Shown: positions 50,592 through 64,000 of the stretch, piece after piece | Layout: every line of letters starts with the position of its first letter | Numbering within the stretch: position 1 is the first letter of the stretch | The notes under the pieces: model-generated | Databases searched by the model: none | Told to the model about the DNA's origin: nothing | Seen by the model: the letters and a program-made list of their open reading frames with translations, nothing else | Assembly: GCF_009914755.1 (NCBI RefSeq) | Contig: NC_060932.1 | Source: the human T2T-CHM13v2.0 reference genome, Homo sapiens | Direction: 5' to 3' (one strand) | Length of the DNA: 64,000 bases | Made by a program: the position numbers and the translations under genes

Positions 50592-51654
50592 AAAGCCTGG
50601 GGAGCCCCCTTTAGGGGATGCGTCCAGCCTGAGGAAGAGGGGAACAAAGAAGGAAAGAAGGCCTGGCTGTAGTCTGTGGACTTTTCATGCACTGCCTACC
50701 TGCCTCAGTGTCCGGGTGCTCAGGCCACCCTTGGGCCTTTTTGCATCATGTTGGAGCCAAGTGGCCAGTGAGGCTGGTGGGGTGGGATGGATTGGGGAAG
50801 ACAAGCTAGAGAGATTGGGCTTCATTCTGTAGACAGCAGAAGCCACCGAGGGTATTTGAGCAGGACAGGGCATCGTGAGAGTAAAAGGAAAGAGTAAACG
50901 TGGCAGCCTTCCCCCAGGTGCACAGGTGAGGTCCTTCACTGCCTTGCCCCTGTGTGAACGCCTGAATGCTACAGTCAAAAAAAAGCAAACGCCTGCTTCC
51001 CTGTCTTCTCTCCCAGGGAGCACCCACACATCCAGGTCTCGCCCCATGCTGCTTTGCTCTGCTCTGCTCTGCCCTGCCCTCCCCCCACTCTGCCCCTGCC
51101 ATCTGCTTCCAAGGGCTCAAGCTCCCTGCCTGCTTGTTGTGCACTCCCGAATTTTACCTCTCCTACCGCTAGGAAAAGATACAAGCCCAGAGAGGAGAAG
51201 GGGAGCTGCAGGAAGCCAGGGGACACCAGAGATAGACTGCAGGCACCTTGCCCTGCTGCCTCTGTTCCTCCACCCCCAACCCTTACAGCAACCAGGAGTA
51301 GGTAAGATCTGGGTAGATTTCCTTTTGCTTTTTTGTTTGTTTGTTTGTTTCCTGCCTCTTCCACCGAGTGTGCTTTGTTTTGAGAGGGAAGAGCTGACTC
51401 CTCCAGTCTGCCTTCCTCTGTGGGTCAGGCATAATCTGTGCTGCACGTGACTCATCAGTATTGATGGCGATGATGAGGAGAGATGAATGGAAACGACATT
51501 ACTGGCTGTGTTTCTTCGTCCATGCGAGAGGCCGCAGTGGAGGTCTGTTGCTGTAGGCATGATTTTGGCTTTTAGGCATCAGATGATCCTTGAGACCCAG
51601 GCTTTGCTGCTGAGCGACAGAAGCTTGCACATTAGCCCCTAGTCTTGAGGCAGG

Positions 51655-52210
51655 GATATTGCTTAAGATGCACTTGGCTGCAAGGAACTGAATGCTGAAG
51701 AGAGGCTCAAAAACAAAGGCATTTAACTATCATACATGACAAGACACTGGAGATGGACAATGCCAAGAATGGTCTAGCCATTCCAAAGTGTTTGGATGTT
51801 GAATTCCTATCTCTATGACTCTCCTGACCTATCCCTCATGGTCATACATTGGCTGCCACAGCTCCAAGCATCAGAACAGCATCCCAGGCTGGAGGCAAGA
51901 AGACAGATACAACAAGACTTTTTTTTGTAGCAGCTCTTTCCTCTTATTCAGGAATTAAATCCTGATCAGAAGCCAACTGGTAGGGTTCCTCTTGGGGTCC
52001 ATTACCCAGAATTTGGTCTTATGTCTGTCCCTACGCTAATCATTAGTAAAGGGAAACAGGATGAACTGCTTGACTTGGACCAATCATATTCACGCCCTGA
52101 GGCTAGGGAAAGAATCTACACTCTGTGTTGCAGCTAGAATAGAGATGGGCTTCTATAAACAAAGAGAGAGGAGGCAGCTGGTAGCTGGTAGGGTAACCTG
52201 CAGCGGCAGC
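51655..52210 (-). mobile_element. Old MLT1 (K/L/M-type) MaLR LTR
   Basis: TTGGCTGCAAGGAAC..CCCTCATGGTCATACATTGGCTGCCACAGCTCCAAGCATC..GACTTGGACCAATCA. Confidence 0.65.
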
Positions 52211-52869
52211 CACAGGGAACTCCATATCCAGCTAGAGAGAGCCATCTGGCTTGGTCTGTAAGGTCTCCAAGGACAGAAATCCTACAAATTCTGTTTGTAA
52301 TGGCCCACTTAGCTCTCTGGGTCCTCTGAGCCTTTGCACATGCTATTCCCTCTGCTTGGAACACCAAGCCTCACTGCCCTGGGCCCAGCCTGCATGTCTG
52401 CAGACACCAGCAATGCAGGGACATTGTCTTCACTCTGTGTGTACCCACAACCCTGTTCATCTACAGATGCCTTACTCTATTCCACTTGGTGGTTTACTTT
52501 TCTGTCTCTCATCAATAGAATATACATCCTCACAGGACAGAAAAAGTATGTTGGTCATTGATGTCTCCAATGACTGGCATGTCTCAGACATGCAACATAC
52601 GATAAGGGATGGATAGTGACAATTGTGACCATAGGGGCAGCACACTGTTCCCTCCACCCTAATAATACCCAGGCAGAAGGCCTCCTCTCAGTGCCACATT
52701 GTCCACAGTAGGCGCTGAATGAAGGAATCAGTGTCCTACTAGGCCACTAACTGGCTCTTCTGCTTCCATTTGTTCTCTCCCCAGCTCATTTCTCACCCTA
52801 CTCTCTAGTGAATCAATCACCAATTAATCTCTTATTTTTCTTTCTCTCCTCTTTAATTGAAAAATTTTT

Positions 52870-53185
52870 AGTCAGTCACAGTGGTTCACGCCTGTAATCG
52901 CAGCACTTTGGGAGGCCGAGGCGGGCGGATCACTTGAGGTCAGGAGTTCGAGACCAGCCTGGCCACCATGGTGAAACCCCGTCTCTACTGAAAGTACAAA
53001 AATTATCCAGGCGTGGTAGCGGGCATCTGTAATCCCAGCTACTCGGGAGGCTGAGGCACGAGAATAGTTTGCACCCAGAAGGCAGACTGTGCAGTGAGCT
53101 GAGAATGTGCCACTATGCTCTAGCCTGGGCAAAAGAGGGAGACTCCATCTCAAAAAAAAAAAAAAAAAAAGAAAGAAAGAAAAAA
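52870..53185 (+). mobile_element. Alu (AluSx-like)
   Basis: GGGCGGATCACTTGAGGTCAGGAGTTCGAGACCAGCCTGGCC; poly-A/(GAAA) tail. Confidence 0.95.
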
Positions 53186-53424
53186 TATTTTTATTATATA
53201 TGTCTATCATACAAACCTTGAAAACTGTAGATATGAAAAAGAGGAAAATAAAATATAATCTCAGCATTCAGAGATAGCCACTGTTTAAATTTGATTCCTA
53301 TCTTATAATATTTTTGCTAGCAAATTCATATATAAAATGGGATTACAATGTGATGTATTTTTCCTTAACGAACACATCGTACCATATTTGCATGTTAATA
53401 CACACTCGTATCATCATATTTCAT

Positions 53425-54355
53425 TGTGGGAAATTATAAATAACAGAAAACTTCCCATTTTAACAATTTTTAAGTGTACAGTTCAGTGGCATTGAGTACA
53501 TCCATGGTGTTGTACAACCATTACCACCGTCCATTTCCAGAACATTTTCATCTTCCCAAATGGAAACTCCATGCCCATTAAATAACTGCTCCCCATCCCA
53601 CTTCCCTCCAGCCCTTCCATTGGAGATATGTATATATATATATATCTATATCTACTACAGTCACTTCTTATCCAAGATTTCACCTTATGTGGTTTTAGTT
53701 ACCCAAGGTCAACCATAGTCCAAAAATATTAAATGGGAAATTCTGAAAATAAACAATATATGAGTTTTGAGTTGTGTGCCATGTTGAGCAGCATGATGAA
53801 ATCTTGCGTCATTCTGCTTGGGATGTGAATCATCCCTTTGTTCCACGTATGTATGCTGGACACACTACCTGCCCTATACAATGTGACTGTATGAGAAAAA
53901 AACTTAGTATATATAGAGTTCTGTACCATCTGTGGTTTCAGGCATCCACTGAAACGTATCTCCCATGGATAAGGTTGCAGAGGGACTGTACCACATTCTG
54001 TTCTACTTTCTGTTCCTATGAATTTGACTACTCTTGGTACGTCATTTAAGTAGAATCATACAATTTCTGTCTTTATGTGATTGGCTGATTTCATTTAGCA
54101 TAAGGTCTGCAAGGTTCATCCATGTTGTAGCATGGGCCAGAATTTCTTTCCTTTTTAAGGCTGAATAATGTTTCATCATGTGTGTAAACTACACGTTTAT
54201 CCATTCATTGTTTGATGGACACTTGGGTTGTCTCCACCTTTTGGCTATTGTGAATAATGTTGTTGTGAACATGGATATACAATTATCTGTTTGAGTCCCT
54301 GCTTTTAATTATTTGGGATATAGCTTCAGAAGAGGAATTGCTGGCTCATAGATAT
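53425..54355 (-). mobile_element. L1MB-like 3' region, split by MER44
   Basis: TTTTAAGTGTACAGTTCAGTGGCATTGAGTACAT..GGTTCATCCATGTTGTAGCATG..GGCTATTGTGAATAATG. Confidence 0.8.
53658..53988 (+). mobile_element. MER44 (Tigger7-derived) DNA transposon
   Basis: TA|CAGTC..GGTCAACCATAGTCCAAAAATATTAAATGG..GGGATGTGAATCATCCCTTTGT..GGACTG|TA. Confidence 0.85.
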
Positions 54356-54507
54356 AATTTTTAATAACTGCAGAGGGTTCCACTGTGGATGAGCAACAAG
54401 TTTTGTTTAACCAGCTCCCTGTTGCTGGCCTGGTAGGCAGTTGCTACTTTTTGTAAACATCAGGATAATAAACCACCTGGTCAATATATCTTTGTCCCAC
54501 CGGAGCT

Positions 54508-54821
54508 TTATTTTTTATTTATTTATTTATTTATTTTTGAGATGGACTCTCACTGTGTCGCCTAGGCTGAAGTGCAGTGGCGTCATGATCTCGGCTCACT
54601 GCAACCTCCGCCTCCTGGGTTCAAGTGATTCTTCTGCCTCAGCCTCTTAAGTAGCTGGTATTGCAGGTGTGCGCCAACATGCCCGGTTAATTTTTGTATT
54701 TTTAGTAGAGATGAGGTTTCACCATGTTTGTCAGGCTGGTCTCGAACTCCTGACCTCATGATCCACCTGCCTCAGCCTCCCAAAGTGCTGGGATTACAGG
54801 CGTGAGCCACCACGCCCGGCC
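54508..54821 (-). mobile_element. Alu (AluSg-like) with (TTTA)n tail
   Basis: Full dimer; TSD CCCACCGGAGCTTT / CCCACAGGAGCTTT. Confidence 0.95.
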
Positions 54822-55259
54822 CCACAGGAGCTTTTTAACATAGACTTGAGCATTTCACTGCCCCAGCCCAAGACTCCCAGGGCTCCTCATAACTCCCAGA
54901 CTTCGCTCCATCTCTGCAGCTCAGGGCTCAGTGGACAAGGTCCTCATGTTCTAGTCCTGCTGTCGCTGCTCTGCTCACTCACTCTTGTGATGCCCCAGGA
55001 CCCACTACTCCACAGCCACCCGCCCTTCCTTCCCCACTCTCTGCTTTTGCACCTGCTGTCTCCTCTCCTTGAAGTATATGGCCATCCCTCTTCCCACCAG
55101 GAGAACTTGAAAGCCCTCTGGACGGTTCACCTGGACTCTTTTCTCCCTTGGGAACCTTTTGCTCTCATCACAGGCAGAATTAACCACACCCTTCTCTGTC
55201 CTCCATACATATGCCTGTTAGAGCATTTATTATGTGTTAGCATAATTATTTGTTGATGG

Positions 55260-55490
55260 AGACAGCTTGGAATGACAGAAAGAGGGCAGAGTCTGTAGTC
55301 CAAAAGACCTGCTCCAGAATCCCAGTTCTTACAGTTTGACTTTGAGCAGGCTGCATGGCTTCTCTGAGCCTCACTTTGCATTTGTAAAATGAAGATAATA
55401 ATTCCTACTTTAAAAGGATTATTTGAGGATTAAAGACAATGTATTCCCCAGTACTTACACAGATTAGGTATAATAGTATTAGTATCAGTC
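55260..55490 (+). mobile_element. MIR
   Basis: TCTCTGAGCCTCACTTTGCATTTGTAAAATGAAGATAATAAT..TGAGGATTAAA. Confidence 0.8.
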
Positions 55491-55497
55491 TGGTAGC

Positions 55498-55750
55498 TAT
55501 GACAGTGATGACTGACACTGGTGAAGATGGTGATGGTGGTGGTTGATGGTGATGATAGTGACTATGATTGTGGTGATGGTGATGATGTTGATGATAATTA
55601 TGATAATGGTGATAATGATGACATTGTTAGTGATGTAATGACGATGATGGTAGTGATGATGGTGAGAATGGCTGTGATGATAATGATGGTGGTGGTGGTG
55701 ATGGTGGTGATGATGAGGTGGTGGTGATGATGATGGTGTTGACAATGATG
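55498..55750. repeat. Degenerate (GAT/GGT)n tract
   Basis: About 250 bp of ATG/GTG triplets. Confidence 0.92.
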
Positions 55751-57625
55751 TTGTACTTGTTCTTCTGTTAGAACCTGATCACTACAATGCCAGGTGGTGT
55801 GCAGCTTCATCTGTGCCTCCTTGGTGTCTGACATAGAGTACGTACTACTCAAGGCTCACCTGCTTTGGCAGGTGGTGGGTTGATGCTTCCTGAATTAACC
55901 TGGTTGGCTGAACCTTCCTTCTGAGTCCTCCCCAGTTGCAAATTTTGTGAGCTGAAGCAGGGAGTGTCCCTGACTTGGAATTGTTAGATTGGAGGTTTTT
56001 TTTTTTCAGTGGTCCCCTTAGCCAGTGACCCCCCTTCTCTGGGCTTTGGTGCCCCAACAAGGGCCTCCTATCCAACATCTGATTCAACATCATGATTTTC
56101 ATTCAGAAGTGCCTTGCTCTGTAACCATACCCAGATTATTTCCACCGGTGACTTTTATATCCCATCTGGAATAAACATCAGCACCTGAGGAGGGAGACTG
56201 TGTTTATTTCCCTTCTATCTCCTTTCTGCAGTACCATCCTTAGCACTGAGCCCGCACCTTGTCTATGATGGTGGTGGAAGAAGACAATGCTTGGGGCCGT
56301 TGAACTCGCACCACCCCCTGGGCCTGGGCCATCCCATGGTTGGCGTGGTGAGAATGATGACTTGTCACGTCTGTGTCCCCCATCAGGCATATTACCAAAG
56401 GCCTTCCTGTGCTGGCTGGGAGGGTGACCAGATGGCAAAGCCCCGCCCAGCCACAGGGCTCTGGGTATGCACCACACCTTCCCCATTCCTGCTTGCTCAG
56501 TGTATCGGTTGGCTTTGATTCTTGAGTCTTTTTCTCCTGCCTTCTCCTGGAGATGAAGAGAACTGCAAACACTGTGTACTGCTGCACGCGGGCCTCCCCC
56601 AGGCCAACAGAACTGCTGGGTGAGTGCTGGCTGAGCCTTCCCCTGCAAAGGTCATGGTCCAGCCTTTCCAGGCTATGCATCTTACTTCCATTCCAGCTCT
56701 TCACATCTGATTAAAGATGAACACAGTCTTTACAATACAAGGAAAGTGTGCCATGGGATGCTTGTGGAAGTCAGAGGGGAGTGGCTTTGTGGAGGAATGG
56801 TGCTGGCCCTCTCAGGATTGGGGAGGGTGAGGCATTCACAGCAGGGTGATGCCTTTGACAAAGTGCACAGAGGCGGAAGCATTTGCACTTTCTTGGCAGG
56901 GACCTGGAAGGAGGTTTTTTGTGTGTTTTTTTTTTTTTTTTAACTCACATGGTAACGACATGGATTTGTCTTCTTAGGGCATTTCCTAAAGGAGAAGAGA
57001 AGACTTATCTCTATAATCCCATTGGCCTGGTTAGAAAACTGAGGTCTGCTGGAAGGAAGTGCTGTGGGGAGCAACGGGTATGGTGGGGCTGGAGAGGCTG
57101 AACAGCAGAGGGACCAGGGCTCTCCAAGGTCTCTCCAGGCCACAGTGAGACCAGACCCACAGCACAGTGCCGCTTGCCCCTGACCGGCAGTGAGCTGCTG
57201 GCCTGGGCTGCTCTGCCCACTGGGAGGCTGGTAGGTTCTGAAGGAGCCAGGCAGGAAGTCCTTGTGGACTTCAGCCAGCTTCTCATTAACACATGGGGCT
57301 CTCTCTGCCCCTCTGTTCTAACTCTGCCTGAGCTTTTGCGGTGCAGCAACGGCTACAACCCTCATCTCCAGGAATGGGGGGCCCTGCTGACTCTTGGGTA
57401 GTCCAGAGGCAGGGTAAGGAGAGGCCTGCCTGGCCCAGAATTGGGATCCAAGGACTGGCTATAGGGGTAGAGAGGAGTTTTTCTTTACATGTTAGACATG
57501 TTTCTGCTCAATTGGGATAAACTCCTATCTTTGCAGAGGTAATAGTTTGAATATTCGAGAGTCTAGCTGTGGTCCCTTCCTCACTGTCAACTTCAGCTTC
57601 TATTTGAGGGTGCCTCAGAGCAGTG

Positions 57626-57751
57626 CATTATAAAGAGGCCATTTCTTCACTAGCTGGCCCTAAACAACATTATGAAGAGGCCATTTATTCACTAGCTGGC
57701 CCTAAACAACATTATGAAGAGGCCATTTATTCACTAGCTGGCCCTAAACAA
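57626..57751. repeat. 42-bp tandem repeat x3, at the start of a MIR
   Basis: CATTATGAAGAGGCCATTTATTCACTAGCTGGCCCTAAACAA at 57626, 57668 and 57710. Confidence 0.95.
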
Positions 57752-58274
57752 GTTAGTTTTTAGCTTTCTGAGCCTCTGTTTCTCCATCGGAAGGGGAGTT
57801 CTTCCTTCACTGAGTTGTGGTTGAGTAGGAGGAGAAAATTTGTGTATGGCACCTAACACATAGCACGTGTTCAACCAATTTTAGGATTTGGTTTCTCACT
57901 CCCCATGTGCAAAGTCATCCAATGAGGCCAGCAATTGTTCTGCATTTTCGCTCCTAAATCCAGAGTTCATACTTGAGGTTTGTTTCAGTTGGGGGTGGTG
58001 TCCACCTTCTGAATCAGAGGAAGGGGGCAGGGGACACTTGGCTGCCAGAAAAGCAAAGGCTGAGCCAAGGAAGGGGTGTAGGCATTGGTTGATGGCTGGA
58101 GGGATATACTCTCTGGACCACGTGTCCAGAAAGTGTTCGTGGAATCTCATCTGGGAATTTCCTTTCCCGGCTATGCATCTTACTTCCATTCCGGCCCTTC
58201 ACATCCAGTTAAAAACAGCCTTCTCCACCATGAGAAGATGAACTAGCAGAGAGAGCTCTAGTGTAGAATCATGA

Positions 58275-58604
<330 letters not shown>

Positions 58605-59285
58605 AATATGTGTCTACTGAAGTGGAATTATGTGCTCCACGAGGAAGAAAACAACATATTATGATGCATTGCTACTTGTTTCTCCTTTGCACACCATTTC
58701 AGCCTTGCAAACTGTTTCCTCACTAGAGGACACCAGTAAGGGGCTCTTTGGCTCTCCTGTCCTGTTGCCTTCTAGCTTTGAAGGAGCTTCTAGGTTCACC
58801 ACCTAGAATGAGTAGAAGGAAGACAGGACCAGGGGTGAGGAAGTCTTGGTTCTTATTCAGTATTTCTTTAATAGTCTTGGTGCCTCTGAGAGAATTCATC
58901 CCATGGGTCTGTTTCTTTGTCTTTAACATGAGTGTGTTGGCTTAGGTGTTCTTCAGCCCTCCTCAAAGTGGAGTTTTGAAGTTGTCTTCACAGATGGAAT
59001 GCCATTAGCCAAACCCACAGTCTGGGAAGTCATATGGAGACCGTGAAATCAAATACCTTCCTTGCCCATATTTCTCTTAATCCTTTGTTAGTTTATAAGA
59101 AACACTGGTGCTCTCCTAGTTGGTCTTAACTCTTGGCATGTGGGGAGATGCCTTCTTGACCCTGCCCCATGATTTGCATCATGGCCTGGAGCTGAGCATC
59201 TCATGCTGTCCCGAGTCACCTGCATCAACCCAACGGCATACAGAATAAGGCTCATTTCCTGATTCTTTTTATGCTACCTCCTTGT

Positions 59286-59380
59286 TTGGTCACATCTGCA
59301 GAACATCCTTTGTTGGAACTTTTATTTTGGTAGCTTGGTCACATCTGCAGAACATCCTTTTTTAGAACTTTTATTTTGGT
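59286..59380. repeat. 49-bp tandem duplication
   Basis: TTGGTCACATCTGCAGAACATCCTTT..GAACTTTTATTTTGGT at 59286 and 59335, 2 mismatches. Confidence 0.95.
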
Positions 59381-60706
59381 TCTATAAAACCAATATATGG
59401 GAGGAGAGGATACTCCCTTCACCATAGCATTGACCAAACCCTTCTTTTCTGAAACTAGAATCTGGTGATCAGTGATTTATTTCTTGAAAAAATTTCTTCT
59501 GAAGATAAAGAAGTATATATAAAAAGAAAACTCTCACTAGTAAGTCCACTATCCAGAAACCGTCTGTCAACATTTTGCCTCATTTTATTGTAGCATTTTC
59601 ATTCACATTAATGAGAACATATTCTAAATACAATTTGTATCCTGAATTTTTCTTTCAACACCATATTATGTGCATCTCCTTAGCCAACAGAATAGAATTG
59701 GAATGCCTGTGCAGTATTTTCATGCAAGAGGTGAATCATAACAGTCATTTCCTTAATGTTGGATATACAACTTGTTGCCACTTTCTCAATGGGCATAAAT
59801 AATCCCACGATTGAGCCCTTCACACACATAGTGGGTCCTTAGGACTGAAATCCCTGTCCTGATATTAATGCATGCTTGATGGATTTGAAAGAATAAGGCA
59901 GCTAGACCTAGGAGGGAGAAGAAAACAAACGTTTTTGTAAGAATTTCTGTTTTCTTCCAAGCATTGAGAGGAGGGTACTTGGTCCTTTATGTTGACCCTC
60001 AGAACAATCACTGGAGCTAGGTTTTCCTGATGGGAATCTGAGGCTTGGAGAGATTCAGGGGTTTGATTCTCAGGCTACACAGTTGGTCGACAGCTGTTTC
60101 AGGATTCCATCCTGGGTATATTGGGCTGCATAATTTTCTTCTCCCTTGCTGCCATGCTGCTTGGAGGCAGAAGGAACAGAATCTGTGGGATCTGGGACTG
60201 GTTGTAGGGAGCTAGTGAGTCCACCACCAAAAGGGGGTGGTCAGGTTTCAGGGGTAGGGGTGCTTCTCTGCAGAGAGCCCAGCGGAAATGGAGCTGGCTG
60301 GGAGAAGTGGAGGCAGTGAGTGTCCTAGCTGGGTGACCTGGAGAGAGCCAATCCCCTGGGGCTCAAGGCTGTCAGCCAAGGTTTGCAGCCTGCTCTGCTG
60401 GAGACAGAACCCAGGTCTCTGCCTCATCAGCTGCTGCTCTTGTCCACGCTTTGCTCTACCACTCCTAATAAATCTGAATCAAATTTTCTTGACATTATAC
60501 TCATAAATTTGAAGTGGAGCTCTTACCAGGCCTGTCAGTAAGATGGAGAAGGGAGAGTGAGAAGGAGAGGTGAATTCTAGGAATTTGGGCTATTTTTAAA
60601 CGCAGACTCGTTATTCTAGGGCTTGCAGGTCACTAGTACCAGAGAAGAATTCTGCAGATGTGACAGCTGGTGTTAAAACAATTAGGTTCAAAATGACAAC
60701 TAAGAG

Positions 60707-60740
60707 GTGTGTGTGTGTGTGTATGTGTGTGTGTGTGTGT
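60707..60740. repeat. Interrupted (GT)n microsatellite
   Basis: GT run with one AT interruption. Confidence 0.9.
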
Positions 60741-60833
60741 AGCCACTCCTTCTCTTTCTTCTCCTTATATTGTTGGGGAGCTTGCTTGGGAATGCCTTGT
60801 GCAAGGCTAGCTGTCTCAGTGGGAGAAGGGGTG

Positions 60834-60924
60834 ATCTTAGAAGTGAGTGCTGGACGCTCTCTGGCGGGGGAAGCTGGCGAATCTTAGAAGTGAGTGCTGG
60901 ACCCTCTCTGGGGTGAGCTGGTGA
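60834..60924. repeat. 47-bp tandem duplication
   Basis: ATCTTAGAAGTGAGTGCTGGAC(G/C)CTCTCTGG at 60834 and 60881. Confidence 0.9.
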
Positions 60925-61539
60925 CCCCCAATCCCCTGTTGTCCTGCTGCACGCATAGGTGTCTCTTCAGACCTGTTGCCTCTCCTCTGTGGCTTCAGCC
61001 TTCTCTTCTGTAAAATACAGAGTGGGGTTAGAATCTTTGTAAATTCCTCTTCAGCTATGGGAAGCATCCTGTGATTGAGACTGCAGGTGTCTCTCAGCAT
61101 GCTATTTTAAGGTCAAGTTGCTTTCTTGCCTTCCCCCTCTGACCCCGGTTGTGCCTGACATTCTAGTCCACAGTTCCAGGCAGCGCTGCTTGTGAACGTG
61201 GAGTCTCTGGGAGGGATGGGAGACAGCTTTGTTTAGCTCCTGCTCCTTCCTTGTCTTCATCATTCTTCATTATCTGGACCCAATCCCCCTAGTAGTTTTA
61301 GTTGCCAGCACCTCCCACTTTAGCCTCATTGCATTTCCACACCCTCATTGCATTTCCACACGCCTCCTGCAGAGGCTCATGACTCTAGGCTGTGCCCTGG
61401 CACATTCTCTCCCCTGGAATGGCCTCCTCTCCATAACCCTCATCTCATTTGTAAGGAGAAACTCTGTACATGCATCTTAATCATTTTTTCCTATGGCTAT
61501 CTCACCAGCTAGAATAAGGCAGGGTCTGTGGAATGCTCT

Positions 61540-61770
61540 GAGGGGGCTGAGCTCAGACCGCCACCCCTGCTCTCTGGGTTTACATCCTGGCTGCCCTATT
61601 TGTTGGCTATGTAGCCTTGGACAGCATTTGTACCCCATCTCCCCAATCTGTATAATGGAAATAGTAACAGTGGTCACCTCAAGAGGTTGTTCTGAGGATT
61701 AAAGGAGTTAAAACAGGTCAAGTTCTTGGAGCACAGAAAAAAACAGGTATGTATAAGGTGTGTTGTTGGG
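61540..61770 (+). mobile_element. MIR
   Basis: CTGGGTTTACATCCTGGCT..ATCTGTATAATGGAAATAGTAACAGT..TGAGGATTAAA. Confidence 0.75.
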
Positions 61771-62007
61771 CTGAGCATGGTGGCTGGCATGAACTTGGTG
61801 CTCTGTGTGTCTTTGCTAGGTGGGGTCATTTATAATAAAGCATACATAAAAGCTACGAAGGTTGTACTGATGATGGAGTTTGAGAAAAGAAATAATGAGG
61901 ACACTGAATGACCTTGTTGGAAAGAAGGTGCAGACGATGAGAAAGGTTGTGGCGTACATGTGTGTGTGTTTGTTGATGTGGGAGAGGGGCAGAGTTAAAA
62001 GCAGACA

Positions 62008-62276
62008 TTTGTTGTTATTTTATTTTATTTTTTAAATAAACGCAGGGTCTCTCTCTATTGCCCAGGCTGGAGTGCAGTGGAGCCATCATAGCTCACTGCA
62101 GCCCTAGACTCCTGGGCTCAAAGCCATCCTCCTGCCTCACCCTCCTGAGCTGCTGGGACTATAGGCATGTGCCACTATGTTGCTTAGGTAGGTCTCAAAC
62201 TCTTAGCCTCCAGTGATCCTCCCACCTTGGCCCCTCAAAGTGCTAGGATTACAGGCATGAACCACCATGCCGAGCC
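62008..62276 (-). mobile_element. AluJ-like lacking the central A-rich linker
   Basis: Right arm joins left arm at GTGCCACTATG|TTGCTTAGG; degenerate TSD CAGACATTTGTTGTTA / CAGACTTTTCTTGTTA. Confidence 0.88.
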
Positions 62277-63249
62277 CAGACTTTTCTTGTTAGTGTCTTC
62301 TTTCCCTAAAGCCAGCCCCTTTTTTATGGACCAGAACAGTCTTCACCCAACACACCCATCCCTTACCCCTGCCCCTCACATATATTCCCATTTACGCCAC
62401 TTGTAGATACAGCAGACAAAAACCTAAGAGATTGGAGCTGGGGGTGTATGGTGTTCTGTTCTTCAAAGAGGAAAATTGCAGAGAAAACCTGTAATTGGGA
62501 AAATTTTCTTTCTTGCTCTTAGCAGTATAGAGATGTGCTCTGGTCCTTCTCACTTAACTTCTGCTGCATCCAAAGAAGGTAAGAAAAAAAGCAGAACATA
62601 TAAAAGCAACTGAAAGCTTTCCCTCAAATTACCTGGGAGCAGTAACAAGATATTGTCAGCAGCGGCAGAAATTACTGAACAAGGAGGAGAGGGCCCGCCA
62701 GAGCTTTTGACACCAGCTCACATGCAGCTGAGGGGGCCCACTGTTCCACACACCCCCAGGAGCACCTCTTAGTAGAAGTAAAAAAATCACAGTGGGTTAC
62801 AGTGCAATATTTTGGTCAATTTCTATGAGAAAGATTATTGACCTGAGAAGTTGGTAACAGATAATGATTACTGAAGAAAAGTATTTCATTTTATAAGCAT
62901 TGCTGTCTTTAAAATCCCTCTCTCCATTTATATCTATATGAATCTGTAGTGTAGAATTCCAGATCCTTGGTTGTGAAAGGCGTTATAGAGAGGATCTATT
63001 TAAATCCCTTTATATCATGTAAACAAGGAAATGGAGGCCCAACAAGAGGTGGCTTGCCCAAGGTCATGGGCCAGTATAAGTTGCAAGCCATTCGTCTGAT
63101 TCAACTACAGGTGCTCAGGCCTCATCTCACCATGATGGTCTTCACCAAAGAGGAAGGATTGCCCTCTCACATTTGCAGCCTCTGGCCTGGAAGAGTCTCC
63201 TTTTCCTCCATTTACTTCACCCTCTGGCCAGGTGCAGCCTTCATCGTAG

Positions 63250-63773
<524 letters not shown>

Positions 63774-64000
63774 GACACCCCAAATTTAACAGCTCACAAA
63801 TGGATTTTTCCTATCTCCTGCCTCTTACCGGCATACACTGATAGATAGTAAAGGCAAAAATGCTCTCGTCTATACATCCTGTGTGATCATGAATCATTAA
63901 GGCTTTTTGCAATGTTGACCTAGCCTGAGTCTCGCTAGCTGCAGGGCCTTCTCAGACAATGCTGTTCGTACAAGGAGGCCCCACCATAGACGGGTGAATG

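Noticed and set aside
55497-55852. His-rich and Met/Val/Asp-rich ORFs
   Set aside because: Products of the (GAT/GGT)n tract. The opposite polarity to the 25.4-26.1 kb tract is compositional only; no specific alignment is seen.

Overview
Primate (human or close great-ape) genomic DNA. It contains about 17 Alu copies plus L1, L2, MIR, MaLR/ERV1 solo LTRs and hAT/Tigger DNA-transposon fossils. I see no convincing protein-coding exon, RNA gene or CRISPR array. The listed ORFs come from repeats, low-complexity tracts or high GC. The main functional landmark is a CpG island at about 42.1-43.5 kb with GC boxes, CRE half-sites, an ETS site, a CTCF-like site and several minus-strand splice donors. This suggests a promoter with non-coding first exon(s); I cannot name the gene. 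The window does not support a new biological system. The most interesting items are structural: (1) a ~38-copy 25-bp minisatellite with higher-order structure that grew inside a Tigger3a element nested in MER33; (2) a candidate ancient L1 3' transduction (~200 bp orphan sequence inside one degenerate TSD); (3) a left-right-right trimeric Alu with a single TSD; (4) hairpin-templated micro-insertions; (5) a 39-bp VNTR hidden in a (CAT/CAC)n tract; (6) a cluster of short duplications at 56.6-61.4 kb. Repeat subfamily names come from remembered consensus sequences, not a search. Boundaries of old repeats (MIR, L2, L1M) are approximate.
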